Positions 1 to 10,073 of a stretch of 64,000 bases of DNA are shown piece by piece. Position 1 is the first letter of the stretch, and each line of letters begins with the position of its first letter. The translations under genes were made by a program, and so were the position numbers. The DNA is from Nitrospirales bacterium (GTDB lineage Bacteria; Nitrospirota; Nitrospiria; Nitrospirales; UBA8639), in NCBI GenBank assembly GCA_965223295.1, contig CBDCWC010000003.1, forward strand, positions 576,001 through 640,000. Reading direction: 5' to 3'. The notes below the pieces were generated by a model. That model ran no database searches, had not been told where the DNA came from, and saw only the letters and a program-made list of their open reading frames with translations.

Positions 1-236
1 TCATTGAAGGAGCCCTAATTGGGGGGCTTGGAGGTGCATTCGCTGTTGGGTTTCTGCGAGCTGGATTCGAGTTTTTTCAACATAAAACGCACACCTTAAG
101 CGTCATTGGCGGCTTTTCATCAGTTTTTGAATTTTTCCCCTTTTCCCTTGCCCTACTCCTCATTACCGGAGGAATCTTGTTAGGATGCCTCGGGACACTG
201 ACGAGCATGTATGGATGGATGCGATTTCGGCTATGA
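1..236 (+). CDS. ftsX: Cell division permease FtsX, 3' end (runs off the window)
   Basis: Frame from nt 3 reads IEGALIGGLGG...LLGCLGTLTSMYGWMRFRL*, a hydrophobic FtsX-type C-terminus. Its TGA overlaps the envC ATG. Confidence 0.8.
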   Translation, partial: IEGALIGGLGGAFAVGFLRAGFEFFQHKTHTLSVIGGFSSVFEFFPFSLALLLITGGILLGCLGTLTSMYGWMRFRL

Positions 237-1432
237 CTATTTTTCGAACCTTCTTGCTCACCACGATCTGCCTGTCTGTACTCAACCTGTCGCTAAATCT
301 TCCGCCTGGATTAGGTGCTGACCCCTCGGCTATCAAAAATGAGGTCAATCAGGAGCGCCAGCGCCTGGAAGAATTAAAGAAAAAAATCGCAGAGACCAAA
401 AAAAAGGCCTCGAAAGCCAAAAAAAAGCATGGGTCAGTCCTCAAAAATATTGAACAACTTGATCAACGGCTGTATCGCAAAAAAAAGGAACGGAACCGAA
501 TTGACGCACAAATAAAGAAAAAAGATCAGGAACTGGCTATTCTTGGTGATCAAATTACCGACTTGGAGAACAATATCCACAAGCATGCTGATGCCGTTTC
601 AGCTCGACTTCGGTTGCTATACATGGAGGGCCGAACGGGCTACCTTAAAACCCTGTTTACGGCTCATACGTTTGCCGATGCGGCTCATCGCATGGATTAT
701 ATTGCCTGGCTGGCTCAACGAGAGCATGAACTTGTCCGACAATTTCAAGAAGACCTGACCAATTTACAACTGTTGAAGGATCAACAGGCTGAGGATCGCG
801 AAGCCTTGCTTGCCTTACAAGGTCAAACACGACATACGATAAAGGAAATTTCCGGACTGAAGCAAAAGAAACGTACCGTGTTGGTCAGCCTCTCCAAAGA
901 AAAAGATACTCATGAACGCACGGTAGAAGATCTCCAGCGATCGGCTGAACAAGTCGATAGCCTGCTCAAAGCTTTAGACCAACGATTTAAAATAGCCCAG
1001 TCACGGTTGCGGAAAAAGCCTGCCAAACTACCTTCGCTTGGGTCGTTTCTATGGCCAGCTAAAGGAAAGGTCGTGTCATTTTTTGGTCGACAAAAACATC
1101 CCACCTTTGATACGTATGTCAACAAAAAGGGCATCGAGATCCAAGCTCGTGAAGGGAGCCCCATCCGTTCAGTCACAGACGGGAAGGTCGTGTATGCGGA
1201 TTGGTTGAAGGGTTACGGGTTGGTCGTCATCGTGGATCACACTAATGGCTTTTACTCACTCTACGCCCATGCCTCTAAACTATTGGTAGCCGAGGGCAAC
1301 ATGGTCACTACCGGACAAATCATTGGGCATACCGGAGCAACAGGTGTGACGGAAGACGATACGCTGTATTTTGAACTTCGAAAAGGTACGACGCCGATCG
1401 ATCCTCTCAAATGGCTCGCCAAGCGACCTTAA
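233..1432 (+). CDS. envC: Murein hydrolase activator EnvC (coiled coil + M23 domain)
   Basis: Signal/TM segment, long coiled coil, and C-terminal M23 domain (GYGLVVIVDH, YAH, LYFELR) with degenerate Zn ligands. Lies between ftsX and ctpA. Start taken at ATG 233. Confidence 0.9.
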   Translation: MTIFRTFLLTTICLSVLNLSLNLPPGLGADPSAIKNEVNQERQRLEELKKKIAETKKKASKAKKKHGSVLKNIEQLDQRLYRKKKERNRIDAQIKKKDQELAILGDQITDLENNIHKHADAVSARLRLLYMEGRTGYLKTLFTAHTFADAAHRMDYIAWLAQREHELVRQFQEDLTNLQLLKDQQAEDREALLALQGQTRHTIKEISGLKQKKRTVLVSLSKEKDTHERTVEDLQRSAEQVDSLLKALDQRFKIAQSRLRKKPAKLPSLGSFLWPAKGKVVSFFGRQKHPTFDTYVNKKGIEIQAREGSPIRSVTDGKVVYADWLKGYGLVVIVDHTNGFYSLYAHASKLLVAEGNMVTTGQIIGHTGATGVTEDDTLYFELRKGTTPIDPLKWLAKRP

Positions 1433-1459
1433 TCGATTAACTTAAAGAGGGAATACCAC

Positions 1460-2785
1460 ATGTCACAAGAAAGATTTTCGACTGTCCTGATTTCTGGTCT
1501 CATGTTGACCGCTATTCTGTTTGTCGGAATTTTCATCGGGAAAGGCGGAGATCAAACGGGGCATGCCAGCGAATCCTACGAAGAATTGCAGGTATTTGCA
1601 GAAGTCCTCTCCCAAGTCAAAAAGCATTATGTCGAAGAAACCAAAACGAAGGATCTAGTCCAAGGGGCCCTACGTGGCATGTTGGCCGGCTTGGACCCCC
1701 ATTCTTCCTTTATGACCACGGATATGTTCAAAGAAATGCAAGTGGAAACCAAGGGGGAATTTGGCGGGTTAGGCATTCAGATTGGGATTAAAGACAACCG
1801 GCTGACCGTCATTGCTCCTATAGAAGATACTCCCGCCTTCGCTGCTGGTATTCAGGCTGGGGATACGATTGTCCAAGTTGATGAAACTCCGACGAAAGAT
1901 CTAACCCTGATGGAAGCCGTCCAACATATGCGCGGTCCTCGAGGAACGTCTGTCGATTTAACAGTCTTACGTGAGGGCCTGGATGAACCGTTAGTCTTCA
2001 CGATTACCCGCGATATCATCAAAATTCAAAGTGTGCGCTCGAAACTCTTGGAAGGGAACTTGGGCTATGTACGACTGAGTCAATTTCAGGAAGCCTCATC
2101 AGAAGATTTAACCAAAGAACTGGAGAAATTAACGTCCAAAGACAAAGACATTCAAGGTTTAATTTTGGATCTGCGGAATAATCCCGGAGGCTTGTTAACA
2201 GCCGCCGTCGGTGTTTCAGAACAATTTTTGGAAGCCGGACGTTTAGTTGTCTCTATCCAAGGCCGGAATGGGAAAAAGGATGAATACCGAGCGCGGTCCA
2301 ACAGCAAACATTATGAATATCCTATGATTGTCCTGGTCAATCATGGTTCGGCCAGCGCATCCGAAATCGTCGCGGCTGCCATGCAAGATTGGGGGAAAGC
2401 GGTCGTCATTGGCACCACCAGCTTTGGCAAAGGGTCGGTACAAACCATCCTTCCTCTTTCCGATGGCTCAGGGTTGCGATTGACCACAGCGAAATATTAT
2501 ACGCCCAAAGGCAAATCCATCCATAAAATCGGGGTCCAGCCAGATATTGTCATTGATCCGAAAGCTATTCAATCGGCAAAGAAGGAAGAGGCGGATGAGA
2601 AGAAGGACGGGAAGAAATCAACCGTCAAAGAAGCGAAGACTTCAAAGTCCGACACAAAGCCACCTGCGACAGAAGAGGATCCCGATGCCCCTCAGCCCGT
2701 TCCACCAGAAGATGTGCAATTACTCAAGGCCGTGGAAATGTTGAAATCCTGGAAAGTCTTCAAACAAATAAAGCCAGCAGCATAA
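1460..2785 (+). CDS. ctpA: Carboxyl-terminal processing protease, S41 family
   Basis: LDPHS, PDZ (GLGIQI), DLRNNPGG, SASASEIV and SFGKGSVQ motifs. Confidence 0.95.
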   Translation: MSQERFSTVLISGLMLTAILFVGIFIGKGGDQTGHASESYEELQVFAEVLSQVKKHYVEETKTKDLVQGALRGMLAGLDPHSSFMTTDMFKEMQVETKGEFGGLGIQIGIKDNRLTVIAPIEDTPAFAAGIQAGDTIVQVDETPTKDLTLMEAVQHMRGPRGTSVDLTVLREGLDEPLVFTITRDIIKIQSVRSKLLEGNLGYVRLSQFQEASSEDLTKELEKLTSKDKDIQGLILDLRNNPGGLLTAAVGVSEQFLEAGRLVVSIQGRNGKKDEYRARSNSKHYEYPMIVLVNHGSASASEIVAAAMQDWGKAVVIGTTSFGKGSVQTILPLSDGSGLRLTTAKYYTPKGKSIHKIGVQPDIVIDPKAIQSAKKEEADEKKDGKKSTVKEAKTSKSDTKPPATEEDPDAPQPVPPEDVQLLKAVEMLKSWKVFKQIKPAA

Positions 2786-2795
2786 AATGTGAACA

Positions 2796-2868
2796 GAAAA
2801 AAGGGAAATGTGCAAAGCAGGAAGGAAGAATGTGAATCCTCTGCATGATTATTCACGTTTCCCTTTTT
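2796..2868. terminator. Probable bidirectional terminator between convergent genes
   Basis: aaaaagggaaatgtg ... cacgtttcccttttt inverted repeat with A and T tracts. Confidence 0.5.
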
Positions 2869-2876
2869 ACGTCTGG

Positions 2877-3113
2877 CTAGAGATTGAGCACAATGGCCGT
2901 ATTCGTTTTCGTAATGCCATCTACTCCACGGATGCGGGTCATGACCAAGTCGTTTAGTTCTTCTAAAGTTTCCGCTTCAACCTGGGCAATCAAATCATGA
3001 GGTCCAGTGACAGGACACACAGCCTTCACACCTTGAATCCTGGTTAAAGTTTTATACGCACTTTTCGTATGATTGCCCGTCGTTTCAATAAGCACGAATG
3101 CAGAAATCGTCAT
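2877..3113 (-). CDS. Stand-alone Lrp/AsnC ligand-binding domain protein
   Basis: AFVLI...VTGPHDLIAQVEA...IRGVDGITKTNT pattern; 78 aa, no HTH. Confidence 0.85.
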   Translation of the reverse strand: MTISAFVLIETTGNHTKSAYKTLTRIQGVKAVCPVTGPHDLIAQVEAETLEELNDLVMTRIRGVDGITKTNTAIVLNL

Positions 3114-3230
3114 AATAGTGAATCCTCTTTACAAACAGATGTGATCGTTTCTTATGCTCTTGCCAATCCTTGACGGAAAATTATAGCCGATGATGAAGTG
3201 CCCATGTCACACCATACGTTCATTCATTGG

Positions 3231-3701
3231 CTATTGCTCGTGACATACGGTACGCCTACTCCGAATAGCCTCCAGAATTTCTTCACTTCTCGCCCCTAAT
3301 CCTGGAAGAGTCCGTAGAAGGTGTGATTGAGCCAAGGCTTCTAAATCCTCCCACGTTCTTATCCCTAGTCGATAAAACAGATCATGGGCAATTGGCTCTG
3401 AAAAACCAGGAAGATGAACCCATTCGCGAATCGTTTCAGGGAGAGGCGTTTTGAGTTCTTCATAGGTTCGAATACGACCTGTTGCAAGAAACTCCCGAAT
3501 CTTACTTTCTAAATCCTTCCCGATACCTGGAATTTTTCGCAAATCCCCCCGGTCCGCAACATTCCCAACCTCTTCCGATAGAGCCAGAAGCGAATCGGCA
3601 GCTTTATGATACGCTTTTACTTTAAAGGGATTTTCTCCTCGTGCTGACAACAACCCAGCCATCGAGGCAAATATGGCAGCTAACTCCTGGTTGATCTTCA
3701 T
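3231..3701 (-). CDS. DNA polymerase X N-terminal (lyase/HhH) domain-only protein
   Basis: GENPFKVKAYHKAA and IPGIGK are PolX N-terminal motifs; second HhH LPGLG; no palm or PHP domain. Confidence 0.8.
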   Translation of the reverse strand: MKINQELAAIFASMAGLLSARGENPFKVKAYHKAADSLLALSEEVGNVADRGDLRKIPGIGKDLESKIREFLATGRIRTYEELKTPLPETIREWVHLPGFSEPIAHDLFYRLGIRTWEDLEALAQSHLLRTLPGLGARSEEILEAIRSRRTVCHEQ

Positions 3702-3865
3702 CGTAGAGCCGTCAATGAGAGATGTGTCAGCATAATCGCAGATATCAAGAACACATCTATATCATCATTCATTGTATGCGATACACGGCAAGCAAAACTA
3801 GTTGATCTTGATAAGTCCTTCGCCCCACGTCTAAAGGGGATACGCCTTTTGAAAAGTTTTGTTCA

Positions 3866-3895
3866 TTGACAAGAATTTCAAGAGTCCCGTAGGAT
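3866..3895 (+). promoter_or_regulatory. Candidate sigma-70 promoter for thiSGE
   Basis: TTGACA-18 nt-TAGGAT. Confidence 0.4.
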
Positions 3896-3946
3896 CGTTT
3901 TTGACACTCACCCGCCAATAAATAATGTATTCATTCATGTTTGATC

Positions 3947-4186
3947 ATGAAAATTTTTGTCAATGGAGAAGAACAAGAACGGACCATACCTCTCACCGTG
4001 GCCAACCTCCTCCAGGAATTGGATTTACAAACCCAACACGTTGCGGTGGAAGTCAATCTCAAAATTCTTGACCGCTCCGACTTCCCCACCTGGAATCTTC
4101 AAGAAGGCGATAAGGTAGAAATTTTAAGCTTTATGGGTGGAGGTTCACCGAAGCATCGATTCTCAACAAGGCAGAACTTCTTATGA
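3947..4186 (+). CDS. thiS: Sulfur carrier ThiS with C-terminal extension
   Basis: IFVNGE...VAVEVN...[16 protein letters not shown] followed by 13 extra residues; directly upstream of thiG. Confidence 0.9.
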   Translation: MKIFVNGEEQERTIPLTVANLLQELDLQTQHVAVEVNLKILDRSDFPTWNLQEGDKVEILSFMGGGSPKHRFSTRQNFL

Positions 4187-4968
4187 GTAAGAATCCTCAC
4201 AATGATCCATTAATAATCGCAGGACGTGAGTTCCGATCACGGCTTTGGGTAGGAACCGGCAAATATAAAGATTTCAAGGAAACACGCCTTGCCATTGAGG
4301 CGTCCGGCGCCGATATCGTCACAGTGGCCGTTCGCCGCGTCAATATTACCGACAAAAATTCAGAAAATCTGCTGGACTATATTGACCCTAAAAAATATAC
4401 CATTCTTCCCAATACCGCGGGATGTTATACCGTCGACGATGCGGTTCGTTATTCCAGATTAGCCCGTGCCGCGGGAGTTTCAGACCTCGTGAAACTGGAA
4501 GTCATTGGCGATGAACGAACATTATTCCCTGATACCGCAGGTCTCATTGAAGCGGCTAAAATTCTGATCGCCGAAGGTTTTGTTGTTCTCCCCTATACGA
4601 ACGATGACCCCATTGTGGCCAAAAAACTGGTGGATATTGGGTGTCCAGCTGTCATGCCTCTAGCCGCGCCGATTGGTTCAGGCTTAGGCATTCGCAACCC
4701 ATACAATCTCAAGATACTCATGGAAAATGTGAACGTCCCTGTCATTGTTGATGCAGGCGTTGGTACAGCATCTGACGCCGCGTTGGCTATGGAATACGGG
4801 GCTGACGCTGTTCTCATGAATACGGCCATTGCCGGAGCCAACGACCCTATCATGATGGCCACCGCCATGCGCTACGCCGTAGATGCCGGACGACTCGCAT
4901 TCAAGGCCGGGAGAATTCCGCGTAAGCTTTATGCCACAGCGAGCAGCCCCATTGAGGGTATGTTGTAG
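4183..4968 (+). CDS. thiG: Thiazole synthase
   Basis: [41 protein letters not shown] motifs. Confidence 0.97.
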   Translation: MSKNPHNDPLIIAGREFRSRLWVGTGKYKDFKETRLAIEASGADIVTVAVRRVNITDKNSENLLDYIDPKKYTILPNTAGCYTVDDAVRYSRLARAAGVSDLVKLEVIGDERTLFPDTAGLIEAAKILIAEGFVVLPYTNDDPIVAKKLVDIGCPAVMPLAAPIGSGLGIRNPYNLKILMENVNVPVIVDAGVGTASDAALAMEYGADAVLMNTAIAGANDPIMMATAMRYAVDAGRLAFKAGRIPRKLYATASSPIEGML

Positions 4969-4979
4969 TCACTCTGGCA

Positions 4980-5606
4980 ATGCCTCTCCCATCGCTGCCC
5001 CGCCTGTATCTTCTCACGGATCGCCAGAACACCTGTCAACGACCTCTCCAGGCCGTTGTTCGCCAAGCTGTCGATGCTGGAGTCCGCATGATTCAAATTC
5101 GTGAAAAAGATTTAGACACACGTCAATTGATGGACTTAACTCAAACGCTCTTACCACTGCTTGCACGACAAAAAGGATTCTTATTATTAAATGATCGAGT
5201 CGACCTCGTCTTAGCCCTTAAGGTAGATGGCGTACATCTGCGTTCAGATAGTCTTCCCCTTCCAATCGCTCGACGGATGTTAGGAACGAAAAAATTGATT
5301 GGCGTCTCAACACATTCCGTCAAGGAGGTTCGACAGGCAGAACGTGACGGCGCAAATTTCGTGGTCTTGGGTCCCATTTTTGAAACTCCTTCAAAACAAC
5401 GCTACGGTCCTCCCTTAGGTCTCTCAACTTTAGACACGGCTTGCCGGGAAAGCCGCATACCTCTTTATGCTATTGGCGGTATCAACTCCAAGAACGTTTC
5501 CTCAATCATGTCAACAGGCGCCTACGGTATTGCCGTCATCTCCTCCATTCTTCAAGCCGAAAACATACAGAACAGCACCCGCGAGCTGCTTTCACAACTC
5601 TCTTGA
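4980..5606 (+). CDS. thiE: Thiamine-phosphate synthase (ThiE/TenI family)
   Basis: QIREK, NDRVD, GVHL, GVSTHS, GPIFETPSK, AIGGI motifs. Confidence 0.9.
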   Translation: MPLPSLPRLYLLTDRQNTCQRPLQAVVRQAVDAGVRMIQIREKDLDTRQLMDLTQTLLPLLARQKGFLLLNDRVDLVLALKVDGVHLRSDSLPLPIARRMLGTKKLIGVSTHSVKEVRQAERDGANFVVLGPIFETPSKQRYGPPLGLSTLDTACRESRIPLYAIGGINSKNVSSIMSTGAYGIAVISSILQAENIQNSTRELLSQLS

Positions 5607-5802
5607 TTTGTCAACAAGCATATCATCCTTCCGCAGCACGATACATTGGTTGACCCTTTTTTTTTTCAGGTGGTAGAATTCTTCAAGTCTTCTTTCTCGT
5701 GTTTCCCGTTGACAGTCCTCACCTCTATTGGTAAGGGAGACTCCCTCAAAGGAGTTATTGTCTTCATCGTTCGAGGAATTGTAGAAACGAATTGAGACGA
5801 TT

Positions 5803-7485
5803 ATGGGAATGAGAAAAACCGACGATCCCGCCCGAGAGATCCAAAAATTGCGGTCAGAGCTAGAGTCTTTAGAATTAGAAAGACAACAGCACTATGAATC
5901 TCGGCATCGGCTCGATCAAACCCAACGGAAAAATGAGCGCTTGGCCTCAAGTCTTCAAGAAGCCAAAACACAAATTGAAGCGCTCCGTAAAGAAGTTGAA
6001 AAGTTAACGGCTCCGCCCTCGACCTTTGCCATCTTTTACAGCACAAATCCGGATGGAACGGTGAATGTTTCTCTCGGCGGACGTAAACTCCGCGTCAGCC
6101 TCCATCCTTCTATTGCTTTAGACTCGCTCCAAACTGGGCAGGAAGTGATTCTGAACGAAGGACTGAATATCATCGAAGCACGAAGTTATGATCCGCAAGG
6201 TGAAATTGTGCATCTCAAGCAATTACTTGATGATGGGCGTGCAGTCGTCAGCTCACACCTGGACGATGAGCGTGTGGTTGAAATTTCCGACCACCTCAAA
6301 CCACAGTCCTTAAGTGTCGGCGATCATCTCTTGTTCGAATCTCGTTCTGGCTATGTCACAGAAAAACTACCTAAAGGCGAAATGGAAGAACTGGTCATCG
6401 AAGAAGTGCCAGATATTGCCTATGATCAGATCGGAGGGCTCGAAAAGGAATTGGAACAAGTCAAAGACGCCGTCGAACTTCCATTTCTTCATCCAGATCT
6501 TTTTGCCGAGCATCACTTATCTCCACCAAAAGGTGTACTTCTCTATGGACCACCTGGATGTGGAAAAACCTTGATTGCAAAAGCCGTTGCCAATTCTATT
6601 GCGAAAAAGCTTGGACATCTCAAAGGCAAAGAGATCCGCAGTTATTTCCTACATGTGAAAGGGCCAGAACTCCTGAATAAATACGTGGGCGAATCAGAGC
6701 GCCAAATCCGAGAAGTCTTTGCCAAGGCCAAAGAGAAAGCGTCTTATGGTCATCCGGTTATCGTCTTTTTTGATGAAATGGATGCCTTGTTTCGAACGAG
6801 AGGAACTGGAATTTCATCAGATATTGAATCGACGATTGTGCCACAGTTCCTGTCAGAGATAGACGGCGTGGAAAGTCTTCGCGATGTGATAGTCATCGGT
6901 GCCAGCAACAGACAGGACTTGATTGACCCTGCCGTCCTTCGGCCTGGCCGATTAGACATCAAAATCAAAATCCCTCGTCCAGACAAACAGGGAGCCAAAG
7001 ATATTCTTGGGAAATATCTCATGGCTGACCTTCCACTTGCCGAATCCGTGATGACGGAGCAAAAACACGATCGGCCTGCCTGCGTTCAACATCTCATCGA
7101 TACGACGGTAGAAGCCATGTATGCCAAAACAGAGGAAAATCAGTTCCTTGAGGTCACGTATGCAAATGGAGAAAAAGAAACGGTGTACTTTAAAGATTTT
7201 TCCAGCGGTGCATTAATCGAAAGTATCGTGGCTCGCGCCAAGAAGCTCTCCATCAAACGTACGCTGGCAGGAGGCGAGAAAGGTCTGACGAATCAGGATT
7301 TTCTAGATGCGATTCGGGAAGAATTCAAAGAGCAGGAAGATTTGCCAAATACAACACATCCTGATGATTGGGCAAAAATCGCGGGGAAAAAAGGTGAAAA
7401 AATCATTCACGTCCGAACCTTGACCGATGATGGGGACGCCGAATCTCGTGAAATCCAGACTATGAACGTCGGTCACTATTTTTAA
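5803..7485 (+). CDS. arc: Proteasome AAA+ ATPase (ARC/Mpa)
   Basis: N-terminal coiled coil, OB region, GPPGCGKT, KGPELLNKYVGE, EDLPNTTHPDDWA, C-terminal HbYX-like GHYF. Confidence 0.96.
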   Translation: MGMRKTDDPAREIQKLRSELESLELERQQHYESRHRLDQTQRKNERLASSLQEAKTQIEALRKEVEKLTAPPSTFAIFYSTNPDGTVNVSLGGRKLRVSLHPSIALDSLQTGQEVILNEGLNIIEARSYDPQGEIVHLKQLLDDGRAVVSSHLDDERVVEISDHLKPQSLSVGDHLLFESRSGYVTEKLPKGEMEELVIEEVPDIAYDQIGGLEKELEQVKDAVELPFLHPDLFAEHHLSPPKGVLLYGPPGCGKTLIAKAVANSIAKKLGHLKGKEIRSYFLHVKGPELLNKYVGESERQIREVFAKAKEKASYGHPVIVFFDEMDALFRTRGTGISSDIESTIVPQFLSEIDGVESLRDVIVIGASNRQDLIDPAVLRPGRLDIKIKIPRPDKQGAKDILGKYLMADLPLAESVMTEQKHDRPACVQHLIDTTVEAMYAKTEENQFLEVTYANGEKETVYFKDFSSGALIESIVARAKKLSIKRTLAGGEKGLTNQDFLDAIREEFKEQEDLPNTTHPDDWAKIAGKKGEKIIHVRTLTDDGDAESREIQTMNVGHYF

Positions 7486-7574
7486 CTAAACCATAGTCCA
7501 CTGAATGGGCCAGATGAATATTTCTCAAAAAAAGCTGGCTCATTCCCTGGAAGAAGTCAATACCAATGACCCAC

Positions 7575-7695
7575 GGGAATGGTCAAAAAAGTCGCCCAGC
7601 AAGTCCGCAGTCATTTTGATGCGCGGAGCGTACTTCCAGTACGTGAGCACGACAAAATGGCGAGAACGCTGGTGTTGGCTTTTTTCACCATTCCC
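7575..7695. repeat. MITE-like element, subtype 1
   Basis: About 17-bp TIR gggaatggtcaaaaaag/cttttttcaccattccc; core tacgtgagcacg..aaaatggc.agaacgc shared with the copies at 11067 and 40936. Confidence 0.8.
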
Positions 7696-7709
7696 TGCAT
7701 GAGGTTTCC

Positions 7710-9185
7710 TTGCTACGAATTCTTGGTACTGAAACTGAATATGGGATCATCGCCCGCTCTCCTCAGCACCCTGACCCTGTCGACAACTCCCTTCGATTAA
7801 TTAGCCACTGCCCTGGACTTCCTGCTCCCACTGCCTTGTGGGATTACGAAAATGAAAATCCTTTCTTTGACGCCAGAGGGTTTAAGGTTGAAGGGGAACC
7901 TGAACGGCCAGGGGCCCATTACAATCGACAACTCAATAAAATCTTGCCCAATGCCGGACGCTTATATGTGGACGGCGCTCACCCTGAATATTCTACTCCC
8001 GAATGCAGCAATCCTCGGGAAGTGGTCACATATGAACGAGCTGGAGACACCTTGGTTGGAGACTGTCTGGCAAGGTTGAATGCGAGCGTACATGACGATG
8101 AATTTCTCGTATACCGCAATAATTCAGATGGCAAAGGCAACAGTTTCGGGTATCACGAAAATTATCTCATCTCTCGCACGATACCGTTTGAACACATCGC
8201 CAAAATGCTTCTGCCATTTTTTGTCTCCCGTCAGATTTTCTGTGGCACTGGAAAAGTCGGAGCAGAAAACGGCACCGATCCCGTCTCATATCAAATTTCA
8301 CAACGGGCTGATTTTTTGGAATGCGTGTACGACCTTAACACGATGGTCAATCGCCCCATCATGAATACAAGGGACGAACCCCATACACAACCATCGCAAT
8401 TTCGTCGGCTCCACGTTATCGTGGGTGATGCCAATATGTCTGAGGTTTCCACCTTTCTTAAAGTCGGCACAACCGCCATTATCATGGACATGCTAGAGAA
8501 TCACGGAACACTCCCTCAAATTGAGTTGGCAGATCCCGTTCAAGCTGTCAAACAAATTTCTCGCGATCTCACGGTCAAGCAATCGTTACAGTTAGAAAAT
8601 GGGCGACACACTAACCCCCTTGCGGTTCAGCACGCCTTCCTCAATACAGCGCATGAATTTTACACCACTCACGAACTATCTCCCATCACCAAAGAAGTCC
8701 TCATACGCTGGGAATCAGTTCTTGAAAAATTAGACCGAGACCCTGCAGACCTGAAACATGAAATTGATTGGGTAGCTAAACAGGCCTTGATTGAATCCTA
8801 TATGGAGCGGAAACACTGTTCATGGCAAGATCCTCGTATTGCCATGATGGACTTACAGTATCATGATGTACGACCGTCTAAAGGCTTGTATTACGCATTG
8901 GAACGAGCTCACAAAATTGAACGATTGACCCATGATGAAGAGATTCAACGCGCCATGCACACGGCTCCACCCCATACCCGTGCATATTTCCGAGGGGCCT
9001 GTCTCAAACGATTTCCTCAACAGGTTTATGGCATGAGTTGGAGTTCTGTCTTGCTGGAGTCATCAGATTCCACGATTACACGTATTCCTCTTCTTGATCC
9101 GTATCGTGGGACTCAGTCACTCACACAAGAGTTGTTTCAGGACATTGACTCAGTTGATCAGCTATTATCACGGCTTGCTCGATAA
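7710..9185 (+). CDS. dop: Depupylase/deamidase Dop (PafA2)
   Basis: GTETEYG, WDYENE, NAGRLYVDGAHPEYSTPEC, NTRDEPH, RRLHVIVGDAN, DLQYHDV; TTG start with GAGG RBS. Confidence 0.95.
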   Translation: MLRILGTETEYGIIARSPQHPDPVDNSLRLISHCPGLPAPTALWDYENENPFFDARGFKVEGEPERPGAHYNRQLNKILPNAGRLYVDGAHPEYSTPECSNPREVVTYERAGDTLVGDCLARLNASVHDDEFLVYRNNSDGKGNSFGYHENYLISRTIPFEHIAKMLLPFFVSRQIFCGTGKVGAENGTDPVSYQISQRADFLECVYDLNTMVNRPIMNTRDEPHTQPSQFRRLHVIVGDANMSEVSTFLKVGTTAIIMDMLENHGTLPQIELADPVQAVKQISRDLTVKQSLQLENGRHTNPLAVQHAFLNTAHEFYTTHELSPITKEVLIRWESVLEKLDRDPADLKHEIDWVAKQALIESYMERKHCSWQDPRIAMMDLQYHDVRPSKGLYYALERAHKIERLTHDEEIQRAMHTAPPHTRAYFRGACLKRFPQQVYGMSWSSVLLESSDSTITRIPLLDPYRGTQSLTQELFQDIDSVDQLLSRLAR

Positions 9186-9227
9186 CGAAAGCAATCAAAG
9201 AATCTCAGTTAACCGAATACGACGAAC

Positions 9228-10070
9228 ATGAATTCTGACAAATTGCCATTTCCCAATTTTTCTTCTGATCTCTGTTCCAGTTTTTACCAGTTTCTGTCCT
9301 CCCAACGGCCAGAATTGTTACCGATGGCTCGATGGGGAACATCCCCCAGTCACACAGAGACTCATGACCGCTGGAATCCCAACCACCAACTCCCTCCCTG
9401 GCCACATGGCACCACAGTTCTAGCCTTTACCTACCATAATGGCGTGTTAATAGCTGGAGACCGTCGTGCAACAGAGGGATATCAAATTGCGGCCAATCGT
9501 ATGGATAAGGTCTTTCAAACCGATGAACTTTCAGCCATGGCTATCGCAGGGGCGGCAGGGCCCTGTGTGGAAATAGCAAAACTTTTTCGAATTGAGTTGG
9601 AACATTACGAAAAGCTTGATGGGAAACCCCTCACTTGTGAAGGAAAAGCGACGCGACTGGGGTACATGGTCAAAGCCAATTTCCCGATGGTCATGCAGGG
9701 ACTCGTGGTCATTCCCCTCTTTGTTGGGTACGATCAGAAACGCGAAATTGGTCGTTTGTTTAAATATGATATTACTGGCGGACGCTATGAAGATTCGGAA
9801 TTTCACGCCGTTGGTTCTGGGGGAAAGGATGCACGGCTCACATTAAAGGAACATTTTCGTAAGCAATTACCGGAAGACCAGGCTGTTCGTATTGCCATTC
9901 GCGCCTTATCGAATGCCGCTGAGGAAGATGTGGGCACCGGAGGTCCGGACTTGCTTCGAAAAATCTTCCCTCTGGTCAAGTTGGTTGATGCACAAGGCGT
10001 GCGGGACGTGGAAGATTCCATCCTCGCGACCATCTGCGAAGAATTAGCAGCACAAGCACAGGAATCATAA
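9228..10070 (+). CDS. prcB: 20S proteasome beta subunit
   Basis: Propeptide, then PHG|TTVLA, AGDRRAT, VGSGG. Confidence 0.95.
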   Translation: MNSDKLPFPNFSSDLCSSFYQFLSSQRPELLPMARWGTSPSHTETHDRWNPNHQLPPWPHGTTVLAFTYHNGVLIAGDRRATEGYQIAANRMDKVFQTDELSAMAIAGAAGPCVEIAKLFRIELEHYEKLDGKPLTCEGKATRLGYMVKANFPMVMQGLVVIPLFVGYDQKREIGRLFKYDITGGRYEDSEFHAVGSGGKDARLTLKEHFRKQLPEDQAVRIAIRALSNAAEEDVGTGGPDLLRKIFPLVKLVDAQGVRDVEDSILATICEELAAQAQES

Positions 10071-10073
10071 GTC

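Noticed and set aside
3702-3946. TPP riboswitch upstream of thiS
   Set aside because: No recognisable GCTGAGA / ACCTGA..GGATAA-type core.
7505-7800. Short ORFs between arc and dop as Pup candidates
   Set aside because: They translate the MITE repeat and have no Pup C-terminus.
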